Assembly: GCA_963769935.1 (NCBI GenBank)
Contig: CAVYNY010000015.1
Location: 64,001-128,000, forward strand
Source of the DNA: an uncultured delta proteobacterium
Lineage (GTDB): Bacteria; Desulfobacterota; Desulfobacteria; Desulfobacterales; JAFDCJ01
DNA length: 64,000 nucleotides
Direction: 5' to 3'
In this document: positions 41,320 through 50,436 of the stretch, piece after piece
Numbering within the stretch: position 1 is the stretch's first letter
Layout: the number at the start of each line of letters is the position of its first letter
Notes under the pieces: model-generated
Databases searched by the model: none
Told to the model about the DNA's origin: nothing
What the model saw: the letters and a program-made list of their open reading frames with translations, nothing else
Position numbers and translations under genes: made by a program

Positions 41320-41589
41320 TTATGCAACATCAATTTCCATCAGATATTTATTGTGCAATTTCGTAAGCAGGATAAGCGCAGCAATCGATGCCTATCAGGC
41401 ACAAAAACATATCGGCTAAATTGCTTAACGGAAACTCAATATGTAGCAGGATAACCGGTAAAGCAATGATAAACGGGAGGGTTTCCAATACCCAGGTAAG
41501 GCGAGTATCATGCGGCTCAATTCCCGACCAAACAAAAAGGCCAATACTCCTGTCAGTAATGCGATCGGATAGCTTCTATATGACTTCAC
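41320..41589 (-). pseudogene. DUF2238/YjdF-like membrane protein remnant (internal deletion, frameshifts)
   Basis: Manual translation: VWSGIEPHDTRLTWVLETLPF..FPLSNLA joined to DMFLCLIG..LLTKLHNKYL. Confidence 0.65.
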
Positions 41590-41636
41590 AACCTCGTCCG
41601 GATGGATTAGAAGTAGCTAAGCCGATTCGCCATCCA

Positions 41637-41700
41637 TATTGAACGCTTAGATACGATAAACCGACGAAATTTTTCCGGTCAGGTTCAGCGATGGGCTATT
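41637..41700 (-). mobile_element. Degenerate attC-like site
   Basis: Minus strand AATAGCCCATCGCTGAACCTGACCGG...AAGC-GTTCAAT. Confidence 0.4.
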
Positions 41701-41770
41701 CTATCTCTGGGATTATTTGGTTAGCGGCTCTGTCTTCAATAGCCTTGTTCGCCAACGTTTCGAACTTCGT

Positions 41771-41880
41771 GCTATGCGCCATTTGGTGCACGTGCTCTTG
41801 TCGGGTTTGTGCAAACAAATTAGCGCTGCTGATCAGGACAAAAATACCGACGACGAATTGTGCCAAATAGTTAAGATTTC
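41771..41880 (-). repeat. ~110-bp near-identical copy of the 5' part of the gene at 44104-44598
   Basis: Matches 44473-44582 with three substitutions by eye. Confidence 0.9.
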
Positions 41881-41913
41881 TAATAATACAAAAAATCTCC
41901 CTGGTTCATTTCC

Positions 41914-43088
41914 TCATTTGCAATATCCGAATACGATCTCGCACAGCGCTTTTACGCCGACAACAAGTATTTCGTCGTTAAAAACATAATTGGGTGCGTG
42001 TATCGGTATCGAGGTCGCATCCTTCCTTATCATTTCCGATAAAGAGAAAAAGCCCGGGAATCTGCTCTTGAAATAAAGAAAACTCTTCACAACCCATTGA
42101 CGGCATGAAGTCATCCGTTACCATACCGGATTTAAATACAGTATTTAAGATTCCGGAAATATTGCTTGTCAGTTGAATATCGTTGTTGACAGGCGGCATA
42201 ATTCGATCATAGATTAATTCATATGTCGCGCGGGCGGCCTGTGTACAGCCTTTAGCAATTTCTTCTATTCGGGTTTGGATAAAATTGCGAACATCAGGAT
42301 CAAGCGTGCGAACAGTACCTTCCAAAGTGACGACACTTGGGATGATATTTACTGCCGTACCACCATAAATCTTTCCAATAGTAATTGCCGCTGCTTTGAG
42401 AGGATCGACTTCGCGACTGATAATACTTTGCAGTTTGGAAACGATATCTGCAGCGACAACAATCGGATCAACCGCCAAATGCGGCCATGCGCCATGTCCA
42501 GGCGTCCCAATTATTTTTAGCTTGAATATATCACTGGAAGCCAGAACGGGGCCTGCTTTGACAACTAAAACACTTTGCCTAAGTCCATGCCAATTATGCG
42601 GTGTGATGATCGCATCTACATCGGGGTCTTTTAGCCCGCCGGCCTTGATGATCTCGGCTGCACCTCCCGTGTTTTCCTCTGATGGCTGGAAAATAAATTT
42701 CACATTTCCATTGAAGTTGATCCTTATATTGCGACAGTATCTTGGCAGCTCCTAAAACGATGGTCATGTTGCCATCATGTCCGCATGCATGCATTACACC
42801 GCTGTTTTCAGAAGAATAGGAAACGCCGGATTGTTCTTCAATGGCCAAGGCATCCAGGCAAGCTCGTAATGCAATTGTTGATCCGGCATTTTTCCCGTGC
42901 AAAATGCCAATGACACCGGTTCCGCCTATGCCGGTCGTCACCTCAAGTCCCAGATTCTTCATATAGCCTGATACTTTCGAGGCCGTTTGAAACTCTTGGA
43001 AGCCGAGCTCCGGTTTTCGGTGAAAATCTTTCCTGATATTTATTAGTTCATCTTTAATTGAACCTAGTTTTTCATCAACCTTTTTCAT
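41914..43088 (-). pseudogene. M20D amidohydrolase with two +1 frameshifts (~42715, ~42022)
   Basis: HRKPELGFQE, MHACGHD, FQPSEE, GHGAWPH, MGCEEFS, IHAPNY spread over three frames. Confidence 0.85.
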
Positions 43089-43200
43089 ACGATACCCTCA
43101 GGATTAATGTTAGACCGCCTTACGAGAGCCATACTTCAAAATATAATTTCATTATCAAAGATGTATAGGATGATCCTTCACTGTACTTGGGTCTTTCTAA

Positions 43201-43263
43201 GCGCAACGGCAAGTTTCACTGGGCGCGGCGTTTATCAGCGATCCAGGGCAACTTTTGTTGGGT
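43201..43263 (-). mobile_element. Integron attC site
   Basis: Minus strand ACCCAAC-AAAAGTTGCCCTGGATCGC..GCGCCCAGTGAAACTTGCC-GTTGCGC; imperfect palindrome starting 4 nt after a stop codon. Confidence 0.75.
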
Positions 43264-43267
43264 GCTA

Positions 43268-44056
43268 TCATTGTGATATTTGCCCTTTGGCTGCCCAGGC
43301 ACGTGCCACCATGGAGATAGAGCCATCCAGCTGGGTGGGAAGGCGCGCTTTCAGTTCATTTCGCAGTTTAATTTTTTCATCTTCATCCAGAGACAGTACG
43401 AAGCTGGGTGCCGGTCCTTGACCACCAAGAAATGGTTTCCAATAGTCGTCAAAGTCTCGAAAATGAGTGGTTATCTCGATGGAGGTGGTTTCAATATCCA
43501 CGAAGCCGGCGTTTTCAAATAACCTTTTCAGCGCTTGGGCATTGGAATCCGGAAAACGCCTACTTTCATGCAAATTCAATGCTTCGGGTTTGATCTCGAC
43601 TGCGGCGTCCCAAAAATGCCTGAGAAAGTCCATCCTTCCAGCATAATCCCAGAGATATACAGCAACCGTACCTCCCGCGTCAGTGACTCGCCGCATTTCG
43701 GATAGGGCCTTTTCCGGTTCCGGAATGAAATTCAAGACAAGCCCCGATACGGCGATGTTTACCGAAGAGTTATCCAATGGCAATAACAGCGCATTACCAA
43801 CTCTGCAATGTGCCCGGCTGCCGAGTCGTTTCTGCGCTGTTTTTACAAAGTCTTCAGATTGATCAATGGCGGTGAGCGCTGCGGGTGTGTGATTGTTGAT
43901 AATCACCTCACTCAATGCGCCTGAACCGCAGCCAATATCCAGCCAGTTCAATCCCGAAGATGGGGATAGCCAATCGACGAATGATTCTGCTACGAGACGG
44001 CTCCATCGCCCCATATAATATTCATAAGGATCGCCTGATTCCCAGGAGTCTTTCAT
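43268..44056 (-). CDS. Class I SAM-dependent methyltransferase (gene cassette)
   Basis: WLDIGCGSG; bounded by GTTGGGC (44087-44081) and the attC at 43201-43263. Confidence 0.9.
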   Translation of the reverse strand: MKDSWESGDPYEYYMGRWSRLVAESFVDWLSPSSGLNWLDIGCGSGALSEVIINNHTPAALTAIDQSEDFVKTAQKRLGSRAHCRVGNALLLPLDNSSVNIAVSGLVLNFIPEPEKALSEMRRVTDAGGTVAVYLWDYAGRMDFLRHFWDAAVEIKPEALNLHESRRFPDSNAQALKRLFENAGFVDIETTSIEITTHFRDFDDYWKPFLGGQGPAPSFVLSLDEDEKIKLRNELKARLPTQLDGSISMVARAWAAKGQISQ

Positions 44057-44103
44057 TGTCGGCTCCACCCGCTTTTTCACGCCCAACGATTTGGCATTAT
44101 GAC

Positions 44104-44598
44104 TCACTCTGACCTGGCGTCGGCACCATGCTCAGACAGCTGAGCCCCAAACCATCGATGCAGTGCAGTTAACAAGTGGAGATCTTTCGTTTCAAACGTA
44201 ATTTCAGCCCCGGAAGGAAGAGCTGCATACGAAACTTTTATACGCGACGCTCCGGCTTGAAGGTCCTTGAGCCCCGGCATGTCCGCACCGTGCAGTTTTG
44301 CCGGGTCTGAATAATCGCCCTGTTGAAACCTTTCGGCTTCGTGCTGGAGATGCTGTTGAATGAGGGCAATCTGATCAGTTGCGCCTGGATCTTTCGTGAT
44401 GACTTTTTGCACACCTCCAGATTCGGTCATCTTGAAGATGTGTACGGTCTTTGACATGTCAAAGGGCATTACGCTATGCGCCATTTGGTGCACGTGCTCT
44501 TGTCGGGTTTGTGCAAACAAATTAGCGCTACTAATCAGTACAAAAATACCGACGACGAATTGTGCCAAATAGTTAAGATTTCGCAAATGTTTTTTCAT
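44104..44598 (-). CDS. Exported hypothetical protein (cassette-like)
   Basis: Signal peptide-like start; VMPFD, HGADMPGL, LHRWFGAQLSEHG; GGGAGG RBS; GTTGGGG at 44638-44632. Confidence 0.8.
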   Translation of the reverse strand: MKKHLRNLNYLAQFVVGIFVLISSANLFAQTRQEHVHQMAHSVMPFDMSKTVHIFKMTESGGVQKVITKDPGATDQIALIQQHLQHEAERFQQGDYSDPAKLHGADMPGLKDLQAGASRIKVSYAALPSGAEITFETKDLHLLTALHRWFGAQLSEHGADARSE

Positions 44599-44837
44599 AT
44601 GCCTCCCTTGGTAGGTTGCCCACGTATTGTGCCCCAACGATTGAGCTTTACGGTGATGGAACCGAGTCCGTCACCATCAATATAGCCTGTTCCTCTTCTC
44701 CCGATTTCATAATTCCATATTCAATTCGATTTTTAATTTCTTCCAATCTTTGTCGGGCAGTTAACGCTCGAGATCGGCCGGGCTGGGGCTTCCGGGGTCG
44801 CCCATTACGCCATAGCGATTTCCTTATCCATAGTTAC

Positions 44838-44897
44838 ACCCAACGTCGCGGATCAGGCGCGAGCTATAGCGAGTCGCCTGCATTCGGCTTGTTCAAC
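44838..44897 (-). mobile_element. Integron attC site
   Basis: Minus strand GTTGAAC-AAGCCGAATGCAGGCGACTCGC-TATA-GCTCGCGCCTGATCCGCGAC-GTTGGGT (60 bp); the upstream gene's stop lies inside it. Confidence 0.8.
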
Positions 44898-45763
44898 AGC
44901 GCCTTGATCCTGAAGTGGTTCAAGTCCACCGTGCTCTTCCATAGGGGCAACCGCTCCGCCGGCCCTTCGATCCGCACAAGCGGGGGCGTGCGATCCGCCA
45001 GGGCGTTGATCTTTGCCCACAATGTGGTGTCTCCCCAATATTGCGGAGGCGTATCAGCCGCTGCCACGGCTGAAAAGATCTCGCCTGGCGTCTCGCAGCC
45101 GCCACGGATAGCTTCCAATGCAAGGCTCTCAAGTCGTCCCAATCCGGTTGCCGGGTTCGGCTGTTCCTGAAGCCATCGCGTCACGGCAGCGGGAATCCAT
45201 GGCAAGGGCGCGTTAGACTTCGTGACAATTCGTCGAGCAGTGTTGGATCCTGAGAAGCAAATGCCATGTCCACGAGCTTGGCAAATTGGAACTGGTCATC
45301 CGGTGACCGGACGACGTTGGTCATACAGTGAAGCCAGTTGACTCGGCTGAAGCTGGCCCAGCCCGTTGAACGGCACAATCCCGGGAAAGGCCTCAACACA
45401 GAGCAGCTCCGCGTTCACAATCCCCCGGTGAAGCAAGCACGCAAGAATGTGGGCGAGCATGGACTGATCGAACAGGCAAGCATCGAACCACAGGACAATG
45501 CACTCATAGTCTGCTGCGGCTGCAAGTTTTCGATACTGGCTCTTGAGCGTGCCTAGATAAGCTGCTTTTGTGACAGTGCTCCGCCGGTTACCTGTTCAAG
45601 GAACTGAGCACGAGCGTCGAGAGTGCCTACATCAGGCCATCCGGGATCCCGGGGGCCATCGTACAGTATGTCGTGCCAAACAAGCACCTCCCCGGGAATG
45701 GTAGACTTGAGCAAGACTATCCCCTGCGCAGTCGCCGCTGGTAACATGAAGTGTGCCGCTCAT
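44864..45763 (-). pseudogene. DUF1835-like cassette gene, fragmented
   Basis: MSGTLHVTSGD..GEVLVWHDILYDGP..LWFDACLFDQSML..WGDTTLW across several frames with an internal stop. Confidence 0.7.
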
Positions 45764-46044
45764 GAATCTCTCTCATAGCCAAACGTTTGGGGTGGTACTA
45801 AGGGTCCAAAGAAATTGGTAGTTTGCTCGACAAAATACAGATATTCGTCCAAATTGATGGCTGGGGCTAAAGGAAGGGATCGGAGCAAATTCAGAATCTC
45901 GGTGCGATTACCAATATTACCGCCCGCAGGCTCCCCAATAATAAAAGAGTGACAGGCAACTTCCGCATCTATAAGAAGCTTCGCGAGATGAGGCTCTCCA
46001 CGCCGAAAATGATTGACCCAGACGGATGTATCAATGAGCACCAT
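45760..46044 (-). pseudogene. VapC/PIN toxin, C-terminally truncated
   Basis: MVLIDTSVWVNH..HSFIIGE; similarity stops after YFVEQ and the frame runs into an attC 3' remnant (GTTTGGC). Confidence 0.75.
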
Positions 46045-46046
46045 GT

Positions 46047-46250
46047 TTATGAGTCCTTTGGTCGGCGACGCGGAATTGGGCGCAGATTCCTTTCCGAACC
46101 ACCCAATTGGGCTAACCGCTTGCTGCTTTCCCGTGCAATCAGAGCTTCCAGACCGAGTCGAACAAGGGCCGTCTTTTCATTGATTCCCGTCAATTGGGAT
46201 GCTTTTTCCCGTATTTGGTTATCTATGTTTAATGTCGTTCTCGTGTGCAA
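46047..46250 (-). CDS. VapB-type antitoxin
   Basis: RTTLNID..TGINEKTALVRLGLEALIARESSKRLAQLGGSE; directly upstream of the PIN gene. Confidence 0.8.
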   Translation of the reverse strand: MHTRTTLNIDNQIREKASQLTGINEKTALVRLGLEALIARESSKRLAQLGGSERNLRPIPRRRPKDS

Positions 46251-46251
46251 T

Positions 46252-46280
46252 ATTATGCATCAATCATGCATATATGTCAA
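46252..46280 (-). promoter_or_regulatory. Sigma70 promoter and operator of the vapBC cassette
   Basis: Minus strand TTGACA-17 bp-CATAAT containing the dyad ATGCAT-N5-ATGCAT. Confidence 0.7.
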
Positions 46281-46292
46281 GGATATTGTTTC

Positions 46293-46411
46293 CACCAAGC
46301 TGTGGATCACCTGCAGGCAATTAAGACTTTAGAACTTGTGCTTGTGATAGCCTCGACAAAGACCCCGCGCAGTTTTTCCTTTCAGGTGCATCCGTATTAG
46401 GCAAGTTATAT
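46293..46411 (-). mobile_element. Degenerate long attC-like site
   Basis: Minus strand ATATAAC..GGATGCACCTGA...GCAGGTGATCCACAG-CTTGGTG. Confidence 0.5.
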
Positions 46412-46602
46412 GATCTCATTTTGAAACACATATGAAAACATTTCAAAATCGGAAAAGTTTTGCGCACCGCAGCTCGACCGTCGAACCGTAAAACAGACAT
46501 TTTCTATCTTGCATAATTTAACTGTGTGGATTAAATTTTCTAATCAATCTTCATGTAGGAGTATGGTTCAGGCAATACAAACGGATTCCATTAGGGTGTG
46601 TC

Positions 46603-48885
46603 GTGGCCAGACGATCTGAAATTCCGGGAGATCCGAATAACAAAGGGTGGTTCCAGCGCATTGGCGTGCAAACCGGGCTTATTTTTCTGCTGCTTCTGGT
46701 GCTGGTGCCGGTCCTTGCCGTTCAGGTTGTTGTGCGCTACCGAGAATTTCGCGGGGAGCGCCGGCAGGAACTTCAGGCCAACCTGGAAATCGCTCGAGCC
46801 GTGGCCGAAACATTTGATGCACTTGTAGATGATGTTTTGCACCAGGAGCTTGCGATCGGACTGTCGATTACGTCTCTGCCGCCGATTCCTTCAGAGCGCG
46901 TTCACTCCCTCCTGGACGCCAGCCAGGCAGAGTATTCCGCAGTGAGCAATATTTCCTGGGTGACCCCTCAGGGTCGAATCACCGCCTCCAGCCTGGAAAG
47001 TGCCGTCGGGGTGAATATCGGCGACAGGCCCTATTTTCAGGCAATTGCCGGCGGAAGAGACTGGGTGGTGAGCGATCTCGTTGTTTCGCGCGTCACCAAA
47101 GAGCCGGTATTCACCATAAGCCGCGGCATCCACGGCGCCAAAGGCACCCTGCTGGGTATTGTGGTAGCGGTGATGGCCCCAGATCGGCTGGGCAAAATAT
47201 TGGGAGTCGAACGCGGTCACGAGGGAGCAGTTGCCGTCATCGACCGCGAGGGAAAGCTGGTCTACCGCCATCCGGAGATCAAATGGACGTGGAAAAAACG
47301 CGATTGGCTCCGGCAATACCCGTTTTTGAAAACGGTCCTGGACGGCCACGAACTCAAGACCACCATTGATTCCGACCTCAACGGGCAAAAACGCATCATC
47401 GGACTGACGACCGTCCCCTTGATCGGTTGGGTGGTGGGCGCCGGCCGCCCGGAAGCCGAGGTCATGAGGCCGCTGATATCCGGTTTTTTGCTTAACCTGG
47501 CCGTGCTTTTCGTGGCCGGCTTGGCAGCGCTTCTGATTGCACTCGGGCTCTCACGTACCATCGCAGCGCCGTTGCAAAATCTGCAGGCCCATGCGCTGGC
47601 GCTGGGACGCGGGGAAGAGAGGAAAGATTTTGAAGTTAGCGGTTTTTTAGAGTTAAGGGATCTGGCAAGAACCTTTAATGTCATGGCCGGGGAAATCCGG
47701 AAACGCGAGGAAAAACTGCGCGAAGCTCACGATGAACTTGAAAGGCGGGTGCAGGAACGAACCTTTGCGCTGGCCAAAGCCAACGAATCGTTGCAGACTG
47801 AAATCAACGAGCGCAAGAGCGCCGAACAGAGCCTGGCTGAGAAAAATGAACTGCTCGAAAGCATGTTTTCCAGCATCCACCTTCTTGTGGCTTACATGGA
47901 TCCCGACTTTAATTTCCTCCGGGTAAACCGCGTATACGCTGAAGCCGATGGGCATACCCCGGAGTTCTTTATCGGCAAAAATCACTTTCAACTCTACCCC
48001 AACGAGGAGAATGAAACGATTTTCCGAAAGGTGGTGGAAACAGGCGTCCCCTATTTTGTTTTTGAAAAACCCTTCGAATATGCCGGCCATCCGGAGCGCG
48101 GAACCTCCTACTGGGACTGGAGTCTGTATCCCGTCAGAAATCCGAAGGGCGAAGTCAGTGGAATCGTCTTGAGTTTGGTGGATGTGACCGAGCGCAGGCA
48201 TGCCCAAGACGAACTGCGAAAATCGGAGCAACAACTCCGAGTTCTCTCTTCCCAACTTATGAATGCTCAAGAAAAAGAGAGGAGCTATGTCGCCCAGGAA
48301 CTCCATGACAGCATTGCATCGAACTTGGCCGCCATCAAAATTACTTTGGAAAACAAGCTGTTCCAGATGGGTAAGGGCCCCGTTCCTCCGGGCATATCAC
48401 TGGAGGACATCATTTCCTTCGTTAAAGCCACGATTAACGACCTTAGAAGAATCATGACGGACCTGAGGCCGGCCATGCTGGATGATTTGGGCATCCTGCC
48501 GACCATCCAGTGGCACTGCAAAGAATTTCAAAAGATATACCCGAATATTCGCATTGAAACATTTCTTTGCGCTCCGGGAGAGAGACTCGCGGAGCCTCTG
48601 GAGATCACAATTTTCAGAATTCTGCAGGAGGCTATGCACAACGCTGCAAAACATAGCAACGCAGACCTCATCCGCATTTCTTTGAGAAGCGAAAAGGACC
48701 TTCATTTGACCATCGAAGACAATGGGTCGGGCTTTGATTTGGAGGAGGTGAGGGCAAGGAAAAGCAGCCGCAATGGCCTGGGTCTTTCCAGCATGAAAGA
48801 ACGAGCCGAACTGGCAGGCGGAAAACTTTGCATCGAGTCTACCAGGGGAGTAGGAACGACGATTCGGGCCTTGTGGCCGGTTTGA
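46603..48885 (+). CDS. Cache-HAMP-PAS sensor histidine kinase (HisKA_3), orphan
   Basis: Two TMs, DRPYF, ERSYVAQELHD, IEDNGSGFD, GLGLSSMKER. Confidence 0.93.
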   Translation: MARRSEIPGDPNNKGWFQRIGVQTGLIFLLLLVLVPVLAVQVVVRYREFRGERRQELQANLEIARAVAETFDALVDDVLHQELAIGLSITSLPPIPSERVHSLLDASQAEYSAVSNISWVTPQGRITASSLESAVGVNIGDRPYFQAIAGGRDWVVSDLVVSRVTKEPVFTISRGIHGAKGTLLGIVVAVMAPDRLGKILGVERGHEGAVAVIDREGKLVYRHPEIKWTWKKRDWLRQYPFLKTVLDGHELKTTIDSDLNGQKRIIGLTTVPLIGWVVGAGRPEAEVMRPLISGFLLNLAVLFVAGLAALLIALGLSRTIAAPLQNLQAHALALGRGEERKDFEVSGFLELRDLARTFNVMAGEIRKREEKLREAHDELERRVQERTFALAKANESLQTEINERKSAEQSLAEKNELLESMFSSIHLLVAYMDPDFNFLRVNRVYAEADGHTPEFFIGKNHFQLYPNEENETIFRKVVETGVPYFVFEKPFEYAGHPERGTSYWDWSLYPVRNPKGEVSGIVLSLVDVTERRHAQDELRKSEQQLRVLSSQLMNAQEKERSYVAQELHDSIASNLAAIKITLENKLFQMGKGPVPPGISLEDIISFVKATINDLRRIMTDLRPAMLDDLGILPTIQWHCKEFQKIYPNIRIETFLCAPGERLAEPLEITIFRILQEAMHNAAKHSNADLIRISLRSEKDLHLTIEDNGSGFDLEEVRARKSSRNGLGLSSMKERAELAGGKLCIESTRGVGTTIRALWPV

Positions 48886-49098
48886 TACCATTTTACGAAC
48901 CAGGGTGTTGCGATGTGAGCATGCAAGCCCGTATTTTCCCGCCGCCCTACCCTCTATTTTAAATAAGGTTTCAACGAAATGAATGCGGCTGCTAAGAAAA
49001 AAGCAGAGGAAGACTGACCCTGGCAGGTCATGGTGCGGCTGGAGCTGCACGCTCGTAGTCAATTATTTCGTGAATTTAAATCAAGGTGAAAATATGGA

Positions 49099-49416
49099 TC
49101 AGGAGAATCGAAAAAGAATTTCTTCAAAATTTTTTACTCTTTCTCCGTAAAACTCGATCCCTTCGTCTTTAAGCATTTTTATTTTTTCCTGAATAGCGGC
49201 TCCCGATGTCTTCCCCTTAAATCCCCCAATCCGACCGGATGTGGCAACAACCCGGTGTCAGGGAACCTCGGGCGCATAGGGGTTTCTTTTCATAGCCTGA
49301 CCGACCCCCCGATAGGCTCTGGTCCCCAGAGCATGGGCAATCTCTTTATAGGTCGTTACCCGCCCTTTAGGCACCTTCCTTAAAAAATCGTACACTTTAT
49401 CGGAAAAGGTTTTCAT
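49099..49416 (-). CDS. ogt: O6-alkylguanine-DNA alkyltransferase (MGMT/Ogt C-terminal domain), predicted selenoprotein (Sec53)
   Basis: MKTFSDKVYDFLRKVPKGRVTTYKEIAHALGTRAYRGVGQAMKRNPYAPEVP-U(TGA 49260-49258)-HRVVATSGRIGGF...LKDEGI...RFS*; GAGGAGG/GGGAG RBS; SECIS-like hairpin. Confidence 0.85.
49226..49244 (-). promoter_or_regulatory. Bacterial SECIS-like hairpin
   Basis: CCA-C-ATCC-GGTC-GGAT-TGG; G-led apical loop begins 22 nt after the UGA. Confidence 0.7.
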
Positions 49417-49496
49417 TTCTCCCTGCCTCCTCGGTATGTTTATAATAAATTAAAATATTTCGTCTTTCCGCTCTATTGATTCCCGCTCCTTTTGAT

Positions 49497-49560
49497 TAAG
49501 ACCGTTTCAAAGCCGTTTTTAAGGCATTTCATACGCAATGTCAATTACTTACCGCGACCC
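49497..49560 (+). repeat. ~64-bp dispersed repeat, copy 1 (copy 2 at 53048-53111)
   Basis: TAAGACCGTTTCAAAGCCGTTTTTAAGGCATTT..GCAATGTCAATTACTTACCGCGACCC. Confidence 0.8.
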
Positions 49561-49714
49561 CAGCCCCCGCAGTCCCCGGAAAATAACTTCATACCACAAG
49601 CCTACTAAAGTCTTCGCTTAAAGGCGAGGGATTTTCTCCCATTCTCCGCATGGGACATTAAATTACGCTTCCAGCCTGCGATCAAGGGGAACCGATCCTG
49701 AACGACGCTTTTTC

Positions 49715-49745
49715 TTGACAAGCATATATCGAAATGATATATACT
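49715..49745 (+). promoter_or_regulatory. Sigma70 promoter with overlapping palindromic operator (likely PadR autoregulation)
   Basis: TTGACA-17-TATATA; ATATATC-N5-GATATAT at 49724-49742. Confidence 0.7.
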
Positions 49746-49773
49746 GATAAATCATATACCGAGGAGATATTAA

Positions 49774-50412
49774 ATGGATGTAAAATTCATGCTATTGGGG
49801 TTTCTCATGCAGAGCAATATGACGGGCTATGAAATCAAAAAGAGGTTTTCCCTCTCCTTCTCGTTTTTCTCCGGGCTGAGCTACGGCTCCATTTACCCCG
49901 CCTTGAAAAAAATGGAGCAGGAGGGCTTGATCACCTTGCAAGTGCAGATTCAAGACGGAGCGCCCAATCGCAAGATATACACCATCACGGATTCCGGCAA
50001 AAAGGTGTTTCTGGAGGCCCTGCGGGCGCCTTTCGACTTGGATCGACCGAAATATGCATTTCTGGCGCGACTCTTTTTCTTTGCCCACCTCTCTCCCGCA
50101 GAACGTCTTGCCGCCGCCAAGATGCATCTGGAATCCGTCCAAGACTTCCAGCAATACCTCCAAGCCGCAGGACCTGAGATCAAAGATCGTGCAGACAAAT
50201 ATCAATACCTTGGTTACCGCTTTGGGGTCCAATTCTTTGAAGACTTCGTGCGCAATGCCTCGCGGATCGTTGAGGAGTTGGAAAAGGAGGAGGCCGATGG
50301 AAAGTCCCGTTCTCGGAAGGTCTTGACCCCTTCCGCAGAAAGAGTGCCCGGCGACTCCAACGGGGAGTCACTCCTCGGCGTCAAGCCGACGACAAAAGAC
50401 GTAAGACAATAG
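49774..50412 (+). CDS. PadR family transcriptional regulator
   Basis: MTGYEIKK, SYGSIYPALKKMEQEGLI, RKIYTIT. Confidence 0.93.
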   Translation: MDVKFMLLGFLMQSNMTGYEIKKRFSLSFSFFSGLSYGSIYPALKKMEQEGLITLQVQIQDGAPNRKIYTITDSGKKVFLEALRAPFDLDRPKYAFLARLFFFAHLSPAERLAAAKMHLESVQDFQQYLQAAGPEIKDRADKYQYLGYRFGVQFFEDFVRNASRIVEELEKEEADGKSRSRKVLTPSAERVPGDSNGESLLGVKPTTKDVRQ

Positions 50413-50436
50413 TTTACTTGCAGAAAGGAGAATGCT

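Noticed and set aside
45553..45555. In-frame TAG in the DUF1835-like gene as possible pyrrolysine
   Set aside because: The gene also has several frameshifts, so it is decayed
48966..49017. Short frame GFNEMNAAAKKKAEED* resembling an SRPBCC C-terminus
   Set aside because: Too short to support
49604..49662. Hairpin resembling an IS200/IS605 end (AGTCTTCGCTTAAAGGCGAGGGATT)
   Set aside because: No transposase or partner end nearby; too little evidence to call
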